NCBI GenBank assembly: GCA_036172245.1
Contig: JAYWIR010000004.1
Span: 5,890,001-5,954,000, forward strand
DNA length: 64,000 nucleotides
Reading direction: 5' to 3'
Origin: Raillietiella orientalis
Taxonomy: Eukaryota
Position numbers and translations under genes: made by a program. The notes beneath the pieces are model-generated. The model did not search any database, had not been told where the DNA came from, and was given only the letters and a program-made list of their open reading frames with translations. Positions 37,900-50,399 of the stretch are shown here, piece after piece; the stretch's first letter is position 1; every line of letters starts with the position of its first letter.

Positions 37900-39700
37900 A
37901 TATCCCAGGCTTCCCGTCCTCTGTCCCCATGGAGGCCTCCGAGGATCCTTTCGAGGCACAAGAGCTGCGCACGAAGCCGGAAGGTGTCTCTGGGAGGGTG
38001 TGGGACCGATCAGAAAGATATGCCAACGGCAGCAACTCCGGGCCACGCCAGCCTGCACCGACCTCTCCGGGTCTGGGGCACCAGCGGCGTCCCGAGAGGT
38101 CTCGGATTCCTTTGGAGTTACCATTGCTCCCCACCGGGCTGCGGAAAACAGGCAGAGAATGGCGAAGGATGTTTGGCCTCTTCGCCTTTCGCCCAGCAGG
38201 TCGTTGTGACGCTCCTTCCGAAGCAGAAGGGGAGAGCTGGTGGCGGTCCACGGGCAGCAGCATCCTGTAGCCGGGAGCCCGAGGCTGCTAGAGAGCCGGA
38301 ACACTCCTCCAGGTGGATACAACTCCTCCTGCTGCAGCGACAGCGGCGGTCTGGAAGGCGCCTCGAGCTGACCTCGAGAGCAGCAGCCGCGATGCAAGGA
38401 GTTCCCACGGCAACCGCCTCGCGGTTGACCCACCGAGAAGGGGGCGAGGGGAGGAGGAGGAGGAGGAATTTCCTGGAGCTATGCACCCGCGAGGAGACCT
38501 CCCCTTCTTCCTGCGCGTGCGGGGGTCCCGTGCGCGGCATTCTGGGGCCGTCCGTCTCTCCAGGCAACGCGCGGCCTCCCCAAGCTGCGGGCTGGGACCA
38601 CCGGCGCTGCGAACTCTTCCCCAAGCGGTGATCGACGGACGCGCGCCGGCTTTGGGGTTTTCCCCTTTCTCCTCCTCCTGCACTCATCTCCTCCCTCTTC
38701 CTGTTGGTCAAGCGGCAGTCTGTGCGAGACAGGGTGAACCGGCCAGCCGGGGCACTTTTCTTTCGGTTCTCCCCGAGCAAACTTGCCGCCTCCGAGGGAC
38801 TCCCCCATCCATGCCTCTCGCACGCTATCGGTGCCTGCGGGACTCTCCGTAGCGCTCACGCCCGTGGGCGGAGAGATGCACGTGGTACGAGCGATCCACG
38901 GGGTTTCGACTGTGTAGGGAAAAAGAGGGCCCACTCGCAAAGTCTTGAGGAGCTCCCCGGGTGAACGGGAAAATTCTCGGGGTCCTAAAAGGGGAACGCT
39001 CTGGCCGCAGGCGCTCTTCCGGCAGCTCGCCAGAGGAGCGACGCTGGAACGCCGCCCGCGGCAGTGGCGCAGAAGGTGCCTTTCTGCCCTGCGGGTGGAG
39101 GGCAGCACGATGCCGGAAGCTCCTGGAGAAGGCGGAGTCTCTCGGGGGAGGGGAGCAGAGGAGAGCGTCTTATTCCGCGCGCTTCGTGATCCGGGCCTCT
39201 TCCTCCCTCCGGAGGAGCCTCTGTGGGAAGCTACCCGCTCAATCTTCTTGGACACAAACCGCCCTCTTCTTCCTTCCCGGCTTTGTCTCTCCCTTCCCCA
39301 CCACCCTGTTCCTCTCCGTTCCCTCTCCCTGCGACCTCTTCAGCCTCTTCCTCCGGTGTCACCTGCCGACCTCCTTCGCCAGCTCCCTCCCCCTTCTGAC
39401 CGCCATCCGGTCGGGGCGAAGCGACTTCGGAGCCAGCGGCTTTCCCACGCGTTCGTCTCCCCTCTTCGTCGATCTTCCGGGAAGCATCCGGGAGGCTTCT
39501 TCGGCTCAATCGTCATTCTTGACCCATACCTTGACCTCCCCGCGCGGGAAGCTTGCCGAGCTGCTGGACCGCTGCGTCTCTCGCAAAGACCACTGCCCCG
39601 CACGAACGCCGCACAAGGGGATAGCCGCACGCGCAGGAAGGAAGGGAGGACTACTCGCGGGGCGCATCCCTCCTGGTGATTCTTCCTTCCCCTCCTCTCC
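37900..39700 (+). mobile_element. Decayed LINE RT (Jockey/I-like)
   Basis: LPLLPTGLRK (ISLL....K), LSPSRSL*RSFRS (LSP.Q.GFR), frameshifted RAGVP/GILGPSV near 38515-38555 (AGVPQGSILGP) and ELFP (LFADD). Confidence 0.35.
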
Positions 39701-40756
39701 CCCCCCCCCGGCTGCTACGCGGTCTCCTGGTCGAGAAAGTCCGCTCTCTGGAGAAGCAGAACTACGCCCCTGACGCTCCGCCATTTCTGGGCGGGCGCCA
39801 TCGAAGCTGAATCGGACAGCGCTGCTGCTCCGCGGAGGCAGCTGATCACGAGGAGGAACACCAGCAGTAGAATCTCCCTGCGGCCGCTGCTGCTGAGGAA
39901 GCGAAACGGGCGACAGCAGCAGCTGCATGGATGGACCCACATGGTCATCCAGCAGCGCGGTGTGAGAGAAGAGAGGAACCCTCCCCCTGGCAGGTCCCCC
40001 CGACGGCCACCCTTTGGTCACTGCCGCTTTCCTTCCGTCTCCCTTCTCCCCACCCCTCTCACGGCGATGATTTTCCAGGCCAAACCTGCGACCGGAAGAG
40101 AGGGGGGTGCGCATCTTCCACCGATCGGTAGTGACCTTTGGGAACTCCTATCGTTGCTCCTGGAGTCACTCCATGCCCTGGTATCTTGATCCTTCCGGTC
40201 CTCCCTCTCTAAAGATTTCTCCCTCTGGGAACCCGCCGGATGCGCGTCGCCAGGCGGCGTCTGGTTCCTCCGCAACCACCGCAGGGATTGTGAGCATCTC
40301 GTCAGCGGCACATGATGCTAAAAGACCCCGTCCGTGGGATCCGGCTCCCGGGAAATACTCGGCTAACCATCTGAGTGCGGGGAGGGGCGTTGCTCGGGAC
40401 GAGCCAGAAGGCCCCCCGCGCTCTCCTGCTGGCTAGCGCACTGTGGTTGATTCGAGGTCTGCGACCTCCGACTGCAAAGGGCTCGTTTGCGGCGACCCCC
40501 TCCACTACTGGAGTGGCGGCACGCCGGCGCGGAGAGGGGAAAAAAACAGGTGCGTTTCGGATCTCCTGGGAAGCGATCGGAGCAGAACTTCAGCTCCTCT
40601 CCAGGGCGTGCTCTAGAGTGCCGTCCCGCTGACACCGTCCTCTCTCCTTCCTTCGAGGCGCACGTCTCTCGCGGTGGCCATGGTCTTGGAACGCCGCTTA
40701 CGGGGATCGCCTCACGCACAGGGGAGCACGGCTTGCGGGTGCATCCCTCCCGAAAG

Positions 40757-40967
40757 TTCCTCTTCACTTCTTCTTCCTCCTCCACCTCCCTCTCTTCCTC
40801 GCTTCCTTCTCCTCCTTTCCTCCTTCTCACCTCCTTCTCTCCTCCACTTCCTCCCTTCCTTTTTCACCTCCCTCTCTTCCTCCCTTCCTCTTCTTCCTTC
40901 ACCTTCCTTCCTGCTCTTCCTTTCTCCTTTTCCTTTATTCCTTCTCCCCTCCTCTTCTTCCCTTCCT
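40757..40967 (+). repeat. Polypyrimidine (CT-rich) low-complexity tract
   Basis: 211 nt with only 9 purines. It includes an 18-nt direct repeat cacctccctctcttcctc at 40783-40800 and 40865-40882. Confidence 0.9.
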
Positions 40968-41149
40968 ACGCCTAGCCCAGGGTCTGCCCGCGGGCGGGTG
41001 CGCTCGAGACTGCTTCCCCGCTGATTCCGCTTCCCTCTCGCTTCCTTCGGGGCGGGAAGGACTCCCTGCTTCCCTCGGACTTGAGCTCCTCTGCAGCACC
41101 CTAGCTCTCCATCTAGTGGTAATTCATCGCAACCTCGATCTCGCGGAGG

Positions 41150-42900
41150 GAGAGGATTTCCCGTTTGCTCCTCAAATCCCCGCTGCTTCTTTCATCGCCT
41201 TCCCCTGCTCCTTTTTTGCTCCTACGTCCGTTCCGCGTTCATCCAGGGATCAAATCGGCTCTAGGCTCCTCTCCTCTCTGCATCCTAATTACCCAGGTGC
41301 TTTCGCTGTTTGTGCTCTTCGATTTCCTCCGCAGCAAACGGCGTTTCGGACTGCTCCCCCACCCGTGGGCGGATGTCATCTCCGCAGTTTATGGCTGCAA
41401 CTTGTTTGTGATGGAGCGGTGTGCCGGTGTTTTTCAAAAACCTTCGGCCATAATCAATTAGGGGGATGCGCAAGATGAAGGGTGGAGGAGGGAGGAGAGA
41501 CTTGCACGCTCCTGTGCCTCCAGGATAATTGATCCGATTCGAGGTGGCGATGCTGTTCTCCTCATCGGGCTGATGATGCCGATGACGTGGAACGCGGCCT
41601 CGCCCAAATGGAGCTCCTGACGGGGAGACCAATGTCACACCACAAGCGAATGGTTTCGGAGCGGGTAGGGTTGGACGGTGAACTCGAGTGGATCCCTTCC
41701 AGGACCGGTCCCGCCTCCTCCTGGGCACCCTCGAAATCAGGGGGATCGTCGGCCATCTCATCGGTCAGGACAGCTTGCAGTGCGCTAGCCCGCTAGCCGA
41801 CCGATCCCAAATGCAGGGAGAAAGTTCCCGGAAGGGAAACGAAGCAGAAGCAAACTGGAGCGCGTGCGCTGCGCACCGCACACACTGCAGGACGTGCACT
41901 CTCTATATACCTACACATGGCATAGATGTGCGCACATGTTCACTCTCTGTGGGGTTTGTGCGCACTTTTGCCCAGTGTGCGCATGTTCGCATGGGACATG
42001 TGCATGCTCGCGGTGTTGCATGCATGCAAGGTGCACATTATTACTTACCTTCCTCCTCCTCCTTCCTTCCTCCTTCTCCTCCACTTCATCTTTTTCTCCT
42101 CCATCTCCCTTCCTCCTATTCCGCCCAGCCCGGGGCCTGCTCCGGACTGCCCTACCACTAACATCGCCCCCTCTCCCTTCCTTCAGACCAGGAAGGCCTA
42201 GCATCACTCCTCCTACACTTGCGGGCACGCCTACAGACCGACATTGCTGGAAGCAAGTGCTAGATGGCCACGGAGGGCCTGCCCGGGTGGACAGCCGGCT
42301 CGACGGCGCAAAGGCTCGCTTCTTCCTCGGATGTGTTCGTTCCCTGCTTCCTGTTCGAGCGAGTGTTCGGATTGACTGCGACCCCCCGAGCACGTGTGTC
42401 ATTTGGCAAGCGATCGCGATCGCGATCTGCGACGCCCCCGTGCTGAGGTTTTCCGCTTCCCGCACGACAATATACGTGCGGAAAGCGGAGAACGCCGGAT
42501 ATCGTCGCGCTGGCGACAGCTTCGGACCCCCGAAGCGAGGTCCTTCCCCATCCCTCGGGATAATTCCTGGTGCTAGTCGAGCTGGTCCGAAGCATCTGCG
42601 CCATGACATCAGCCCCGCCAAGCCGTCGGGCTCGGGGAGCAACGGGCGGTGATTCACTTTCGGAAGAAGTCATCAGGGGCGCACGGAAGCCGTTGACTCC
42701 ACTCACTAGAGCGGCTCGTTTCCTTCTGCAGCTTGCGTGGAGAATTCGGTGGGGCTGGGTCCAGCGCGATGCCATTTTGGCGACGACCATTCTCTTTTGT
42801 CACCACTACCCTGCTCCCGTACCTCAGTATGGAAAGCAGCAGTGCCATATTTCTTCATTTCTTGCACCCCGTCACTCATAGCAGAGCGGAAATGTTTCTT
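41150..42900 (-). mobile_element. Decayed LINE RT remnants, interrupted by the 41860-42185 simple-sequence block
   Basis: PEPDGLAG (APGPDG), YPEGWGR (P..WK), AFAPSSRLST (GFR..RST) and VGGVMLGL (V.AVFLDL) at 42650-42190. A C-terminal-like LPVRSSIWA...GTGACKS lies at 41630-41500. Confidence 0.35.
41870..41983. promoter_or_regulatory. Cluster of TGCRCNC (metal response element core) motifs
   Basis: TGCGCAC 41870-41876, TGCACTC 41895-41901, palindromic GTGCGCAC 41928-41935 and 41958-41965, and minus-strand TGCGCAC 41977-41983. The motifs are seen directly; function is untested. Confidence 0.3.
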
Positions 42901-45900
42901 CTTTCATGCCTTCGAAAGACGGCTTCTCACCTGGATGGTTCATTTGCGGCATCGGAACTTTAGGATGGCTATATTAATTCGCGTGCACAAAAGTGGCACC
43001 TTCTTTTCCTTTTCTTTCCCTTTTTTTTTTTTTAGCGGATAAATTTAACCAGAGCGAGTGTATTTGTAGAGTCCTTTCGAATGACAACGGAAATGTTACT
43101 GAGGATGCGGAGCTCAATTCGTTCAACTCTTCTTTCGACCTTTCCCCTCAAGGTCCCAAGCGGACCTCAGACCGCCGAGGTCCTGTATTTCCGGAGATGA
43201 GGTCAGACTCGCGTCAGCCCGCACCTCGAAGCCCGCCACCGGGAGAGCCATAGGTTGCACGCGCTCACTTCCCGAAGCTGTGACATTCTCGGTGCGCTCG
43301 ACCGAGGAGTGTTTCCTGCGGCCGAGCAGGGAGTGGAGCACCTTCATCAGCAGGGTCAGCGATTTGTCCCGCCCCTGACTGCCGTGCAAGCAGGGAAGCC
43401 GGACGGCCAGACACATGCTGAGGGAGGCATTGAGATTCCGCACGCACGCATACACGCACGCACGGAAGGGATATTTGGGATGGGGGAGAGAATGAGGCGG
43501 CGGAGAAATTTTCGAATCCGGTTTATCGGTCCGTCGTCCTTTCATCATCGGTCGCCAGGGCTCCTGTGGACCCTCGTCGTTCGCTTCGGAGTGCCTCGCC
43601 CCCACCGCGTCCGTCACTTCCGTCGCTCGCGGCCCAGCGAACTCCGACTCCGGAGCAATCTTTTCCTCGTTCAAACGGGGGACCTCCTTCCGATGACCTC
43701 GGGGGTTCCTGATCTTCGAGAACCCGCTATTCGGATTTCGGCTCCCCACCCGGCCTTTCCCAGTTCGTTCGATCCCTGCAGCGCTTCCTGGAGAAGTTTC
43801 GCCTCCGAAAGTGCGCGGTCCCAACCTGCGGCTTGCCGGCGCGGGGACGAGCGCCCTCTACCCCGGAATCCGAGTCGGAAGATACCATGAGGCCCGTCTC
43901 AAGGGAAGGGGGAGGGAGGAATGGGAAGACGCACCGTCTGCCTGAGAACCAGACTGACGGTGGATCTTCCGAAAGTCCCCAGGTTTCATGCAAGAGTGTT
44001 TCCTTATTCAGGTGAGGCGGATAACCTCGCACCCTTTGTGGCCTTCAGGACGCTTTGTCACGCGGGCTTCCGTCTCCGGAAATCCGAGTGGAGCGCGTTC
44101 GGACCGCGGTGGTGGCGTCATGACTGCTCCTAGCGCATTGCTTCTCTCGAGGGTCGTTTTGCGCGGATCCCGAAGAGCGGGCCGCTGCAAGAGGTGCGTA
44201 CGGGCACGAGACGAGGCCTTTCCGGGTGGGCGCCCTCAGCTTTCGGCTCCTCGTTCCTGCTCCTGCCTGCGTGCGCCTGTTGATGACGGTTGCTCCCTTT
44301 CCGCAGTGATGTGCGTGCCTTGCGCATTTCGGCCAGCGTGTCGGACGTGACGTGGGACAAGAAGCGGCAGTTTCACGTGGGTTCGGATTGTCCCTCGGAT
44401 CCGTGGTCCTCCTCCCAGCGCCCGCAGACGGTGTCCCCCCCATCCCAGCTGCAACTCGTTCTTCGGCTCCTTTTCTCTTTTCCCTTTTCTCCTTTACCTG
44501 CCAGGATTAAAAAAAAAAAAAAAAAAAAAACATACGCTTGTGTGAGACGGATTTCCTAGTCCCGGCAGTGATCGCTCCCGCTCGCGGATGCGCGTTCCTT
44601 GATCTGAAAGCGAACGGGGATCGGGGCGGAGTCCGACTGATGGTCTCTGTTCCCTCCGCCGGGCGCGCGAGAACGAAGTCTCGGTAGGAGCCTGGTGAAC
44701 TCACCGGAAGTCCCCGGAGATTTCCCGATCGGGCTGCTGCTGGAGCCCTTCAGGATGTTCTTCTCGGGCGTAATCCGGGGTCTCCGCGGTGAGAAGGCCA
44801 TAACAAACAGGCGGAGGGAAGTGCAGCCGGGGATTTGCGCGCCTCGAGCAACGGACGCAGAGCGTAGCGGAGAGAAAACGGGAGGGGAAAGCGATGCGTG
44901 GCTTCTTTAACGGGGACCGCGGGTGGACGGGGTGATTTTTTTTCGAGGGCCATGAGTAATTCCCCGTGTTTTGGTCAGATTCAGGAGCAGTCGTAAACCG
45001 CGGATGGGCACAAATGAAAGATGGAAGGAGCCTGGCTCGCAACGTGGTCTACCTTGGGGTCTCCGCTCCTGGGGAACCGGACGAAAGTCTTTCTCCTTTC
45101 CCGCGCGCTCGCCCGAGCGCACACTTGCGCGCGTTTGCCCGCCGCTGCTGCCGGGATGCGGAGAGAGAGGGGGGAGCGCTCCTCCGCGCGCTGCTGGATG
45201 CCCCCCCCCCCCCCGATGCTCTCCGCGCAGAAGCGCTTTAATCGAAAGTGCGAACCGGGCGCAGCGCGACCGGGAAAGTGAAATTCGTCAAAACGCCAGC
45301 CGTCCGCTGCGGAAAGACAAATCGGAAACCAAAGCGTCAGATTCCTGGGGACGTAGCAAACAGCCATAAGTGGGATAGAAAGGGAGGACGACTGGGCGAG
45401 GAAGAGAGGGGAGTAACGGGGGGGGGGAGGGTGGAAGGGAAGGACTGCGCGCCTTGCATCTTTTAATGTGCGTGCCGCATCGAATATAAATAACGATTCT
45501 TTGACTTCGGTTGCCAAGCGATACATCATTACACACGGGGGAGGAAGTGGAGGGTAGAGACGATCGAATGCAATGCGCGCTCCTTTCCACGGATGCTCCC
45601 TTCCTCCCGTCAGCCCCCATGCGAAAACGCACATTACAAGGCTATTCGGGGGTCCCAACTCTCCCGCAGAGGCTCCCATCCGTTAGAGCTCGAGGGGGGA
45701 ATCAATTTTGCATTACCGCGCGAAACGCCCGTGGTCGCCATGAGAGCAGCAGCAGCGTCTTTTGTTCTAGGCACTTTGGCAAAAGCAATTCTCCCGTCAG
45801 CATCCCGAACCGTTACGCCGGTGATCCCCGGTGGTAGCTCTCTTCCAACGTGGTCCGTGGTCAACCGTTTCGAGATTCACTGCCTTTCCTTTCGTGCGGA

Positions 45901-47584
45901 CGGGTGGGTGGCGGCGCACGGCGCGAGTTTCGTCGCCTTGCTCATCGACGGCTGCGACATTCCGTTTCCGCCTCGCCCCTCCGTTTTCCCCCATCAGCGC
46001 GCCGCTGCGCCGATCGACACGCCATGCTCCAGGGAGGAATCTTTCGAAAGTTCAAAGTTTGGGCCGGCTCCAGGGGGCAAAGTGGAGGAACAGACCGACG
46101 TCGTCGGTCAGGCGCCCGACGCTTTGGGGCTTTTACGTGACCGAAACCAAGACACCGGGATTTCAGTTCGGCGGTGCGCGCTCCCGTTCCGAAGACGAGC
46201 AGGCGGTGTCTGGAAGGGGACGCAGATCTCTTGCTCTGCGACGCGATCTCCGACCCACCTTTTTATCAGGGATGCTCCGTTTTCGCCCACACACCTCGAG
46301 TGTTACCTTGAGATCGCATTCACACAACTAGCATCTGCGTCTTGAAAGTGCTGTTGATGGATGCTAGATGGAGCGCCCATTCGGTAACGTTCAACTCGTT
46401 TGACCCTAGAGATCCACGTCCGATAAAGGAAAAGAAAATGTCTCCCGCACATCAGGCAGGAAAGGGAAATTCCATTTTGCTCTCCGTGATCACATGGCAA
46501 TTCAGGCGTCTGCGTCTGCGTCGGGAGTTTGCGTCAATCCCGGGACCAACAACACGCGAGAGTTTTCGCTCCTCGTTGACGACGGCGATTCGTGCCGTTC
46601 AGTTTACGCGTCTCTGCCACGCTGATCCTCCGAGCAGTGGATGTCTAAATTGGTCAGGTTTCCCAGATCCTGCTTTGTTTTCCGGTGCATTCGATCCAGG
46701 GTTTGGGACCCTTTCTGATCATTAGAACCCCGCAGGGCTATGAACCGCACCATGCTATTGGCACCAAATATTCTAAAAGCATCAAGTGTTGTCTCTTTCG
46801 TTGGATCACTTTTGTTTACAGCTGTTCACTGAAACGAGCTCGAAGGCTCAACAACTGTAAATAAAAGCTGAAAGAACTCGGCCCGCAGGTTCAGATATGT
46901 TTTGCTCTTACAGAGCCATAAAAAATGGTTCCGAGAGAGTGCACTGGCTGGCAAGAAACCAGTTCGACACCCTAAGTCTGTTACATCAGTAATGACTCTT
47001 TCTACCCTTAGTTTCGAGCTCGAAAGTGATTCCTGTCACGCGTTCTAATTATCCTCAGCTTCCCCTTCATGTGTGCAGCTGGTCATGGTCGAAATAAAAC
47101 ACATGTGCACCATCGAATGTGTGTATGGTGTTTTTTTTTATTTGCCACGTTTCAGCACGTAGAGTTGTTGCAGTGTCAGAAGGTGCTATCAGAAGGTACT
47201 CGTATTCAAATGAAGTCAACAGACAGGATGGGGCAAATTCGCCCGAGGGTTGACCGAGAACTCGTTCCACCGATTTCAACGAAAGTCCGAAACCGGAAAT
47301 CTACATTTTCCTTGGAAACTGGTTGAAATTGCACTCATCTAGAAATGGAAAGTTCAACTTTATGGAGAAAAATTGCGTTGTTCCCTGGCAAGTGTATTCG
47401 GAGACGCTGCTGCTGCACATCCGACCGTAACGCAGACACCACGATGCAACAACAGTGACATCATGGGGCGGGATGCATTTGATACGAAGAGACGAAAACG
47501 AAGTATGTGGTACAAAGGATGAGAGTGTTCAGCCACTTTGGAATGAAAACTGGTGGGAAACAACTGCAGCAGCAATGAGCAAAC

Positions 47585-47631
47585 TACGTGTGTGTGTGTG
47601 TGTGTGTGTACGCATGCACACACATGTGTGC
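47585..47631. repeat. (GT)11 microsatellite within a 47-nt perfectly alternating purine-pyrimidine tract
   Basis: The tract reads tac(gt)11acgcatgcacacacatgtgtgc. Confidence 0.9.
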
Positions 47632-48827
47632 TTGAAATTCATTTGGATGCGCGAAGCTGAAATAAGAAGCGAAGATGCGTTTTGCATTCAGGAGGGCAAG
47701 TGCGGGATTTTCTGAAATCCACGTGCATTCGCTTATCGCGACAATCAGCTCGAAAGATCCAGAAACCTAAAGGAATCACGCAGAGAATGGAATGCACAGC
47801 AACAGATACCATCTGTCTACCTGATGGACAGATAGTATTTATTGCCTTCGTGGACTGTGGAGGCCAAGCATGCATCGGCACGGCATATCAATCCGCACGG
47901 AACACACGTCCAGCAGCATTACTGCGGATCGCAGCACGTGCCTTCACTTCTTCCTGAATTCACTTTCGATTTCCGGCTAGAAAAACCACCGCGTTCCACG
48001 CCTCTCACGGGAACGAGGATCAACACAGAAAGCATCAACCTATCCTGTCATCTCAGAAGGTTTCAAAACCTCTGCAAACAAGGAGGAACGAGATCATGCC
48101 ATCCTGGCACCACTCGGGATTTCCGTTGGAAAACCTCGTGGAGCAAGAAGTCTTGAAGAAAAATTCCGGCGCTGAACACGGAAAATCCCTTTCCGCTCGA
48201 ACCCCCAAACTGAAGGCGACTTCAGGCGGGTTTTAGGAAGAAAGGAAAGGAAAGGTACAGACAGATTAATCATAGTCTAATAGGCTTCTTCGCATCCTTC
48301 CGTTTTCCAAATGCGTTGGATTCCCTGTTTTGTGGCACGGCTGCTCCATGTACCTTATCACGAGGTAACCCTCTTTGCACTTGTCCGGTGAGGTGTCGAA
48401 CTAACGAGGCAACCCGCACCGCGGCGCGGTGATTTCCAGTCAGTGCACCAGATGTCACACAGTACACGAAATTCAGTGCCGCTTCCTGTGTGGTGTTGCT
48501 GGAGAAATACGCGGCTACATAGGGAACTGTCCCTCTCGTGGGTTTTCTTTTCTTTGCTTTTTTTTTTTTTTTTACGCTTGTAAATTTCCGCGCATGTCAC
48601 TTGTTTTCTCTCGTCGTGAACTCGCCACGATTGCCACTTGTGTTGGATGTCTGGACACGCAGGCAAGCATCCCTTCAATAAATTTGATTATTCCCAGCAA
48701 TTCCAATTGCACAAATACGAATTGCTGTCCTGTTTACGAAATTGTTTTCTGAGCATGCAAGTTATCCTCCTTATTTTCTTCCTTCCTTCCTTTCTTTCTT
48801 TCTTTTTTTTTTTTTTTTTTGTTCTAG

Positions 48828-48996
48828 GAAAAACTGCAGTAGATGCAAATGTCCCAGAGATCATCATGACATTTATCTCATGGAATGGACCAGCGTTAAA
48901 GAAAGACTCGGTCTCCTATGTGGTATTGACAACGAACGCGACCGATGCTACAAAGAGGGGTACTCGTGGGTTCCCCCTGGTGTTTTTGGACCACGA
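48828..48996 (+). CDS. Lmpt: Limpet/PET-LIM gene exon 3 (start of PET domain)
   Basis: Long T-tract and gttctAG acceptor, phase 2 completing W-R. Encodes KNCSRCKCPRDHHDIY...VKERLG...EGYSWVPPGVFGPR, matching Limpet K.C..CKCPRE.H...V.ERLG...G..WVPPG. Donor GTAAGT at 48997, phase 0. Confidence 0.93.
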
Positions 48997-49839
48997 GTAA
49001 GTCTCTTCGCAGTCCGGGAAATCCACTCGAATGGCATCCTGGCAATCAACTCGAACGGCTGCCGCTTAAGACGGTAGAAAGAGATGAGCGATTGGAAGTT
49101 CACGCGGCTGCCACTTTTCGCGTCACACGCCGAGCAGCGATTCTCACGCTCGCGGCTCACCGTCGTCATCCTCAGGAGCAGCAGCTTAAAGCAGGAAAGG
49201 GGGGAGGGGAAGAGACACTCCCGTGAGAGGTGGGGTTCGGTCCGCTCGCAAGCGTCGCGAGAATCCTTATTTCCGCAACGAGGTGTTCATCGCTTCCTCC
49301 GCTTCCGGCTTTTTTTTGCCTGCAAGGCTGTTGATATCCCGTGCTGCGTTTTCCTTCCTGAGACCGCTTGCTAACCGATCCCCATCCCTTTACTTTTTTT
49401 TGTTTTTTTTTTGGGGGGGGGGAAGGGTGCATGCGTGTTTGCATGTGACAGGGATTCATTTTACGAGTGCACTTAGATCCTTGCAAGATTTCCAGCCTGA
49501 GGGTTTCCATCTTGAGAGGGATGGAAAGGCAGTCGTGATGCGGATATCATGAGGAGTGGCGGATAAATCAGGATCCACCAGGAATCGGGAGATAACGCTG
49601 CTTATTTGCCTCTACCCTCACATCCGAGGACTTCGTATGGTGCGACCCCCAGGTTGTAGGGCACGGTTTCCTGACTATTCGGTGAGAAAGGAGCGCGAGA
49701 TGTTCTGGAAAAAGCGATGTACGAAGCGACCGAGGTCAGTCCCCTTCCTGAACTCCGCTCTTCCCGGTAACCGCAAAGCGCAGAGGAACATCTTTCACTT
49801 CCCGGAAAACCCGCGATGGGTTTTGATCGGAGGACAAGA

Positions 49840-50230
49840 TCTTCGGAATCGTGGACGGGTGGACGTTCGGATGCTCGGCTTCGTGTGTGTCACGTTCAGG
49901 GATTGCGCTTTCCTACATCCCGTCCACGGATGAAGGGAGAAGACTGCAAGGAAACGCACTGGAGGAGCAGTTCTCTGGCCGCGCAGAAAAGGTCCGCTGC
50001 TTGCAGTTGGTGGTCCCTGAAGTCAGTCGAATGGTCTCATGAGAATCCAGGCAGGTTGTCTGCAGCTAATCAAGCAGATCATTCCTTGGTCAATGGCAAA
50101 CCAGGAAAATGCATACATCAATTGCGGTGGCTGTTCGCCGATTCAGATCAAAGGAATGTCCGTGCGTGATCTGCGTGCTGAGTGCGTGCAGTGGAACCTT
50201 GCAGTACTTTATAAGCACCCGGCATTGTAA
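49840..50230 (+). mobile_element. Decayed CR1/L2-like RT fragment (domains 5-7)
   Basis: CLQLIKQIIPWSMANQ (LQ..L..I..WS..N) and SVRDLRAECVQWNL...KH (SVRDLGV..D.NL....H). Confidence 0.45.
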
Positions 50231-50399
50231 TTCAGTCAGTGCTTTGGGTCCCGCCGTGGCTGAGAGCCATGCCTCAGACAGTGGCACTTTCAGGCGACGG
50301 CAAAGCTCTGCGCAAGAAGACAGCCAGAAGCCCATGGAGGACTAAAAATGAAACTGCAAATCGCGTCTGTGAAACGGTGACCCCCCGACTTTTGGAGGT

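Noticed and set aside
25676..46345. Many 150-450 aa Arg/Pro/Gly/Ser-rich ORFs (e.g. 36288-37628, 28571-29683, 31033-31932)
   Set aside because: They overlap in several frames on both strands, as expected from stop-codon scarcity at high GC. They mostly lack ATG starts, domains or splice support.
9000..47000. Endogenous large DNA virus or horizontally acquired GC-rich island
   Set aside because: I found no polymerase, capsid, terminase or helicase motifs. Host Limpet exons lie inside the block and splice in phase with exons outside it. The protein-like remnants match LINE ORF2.
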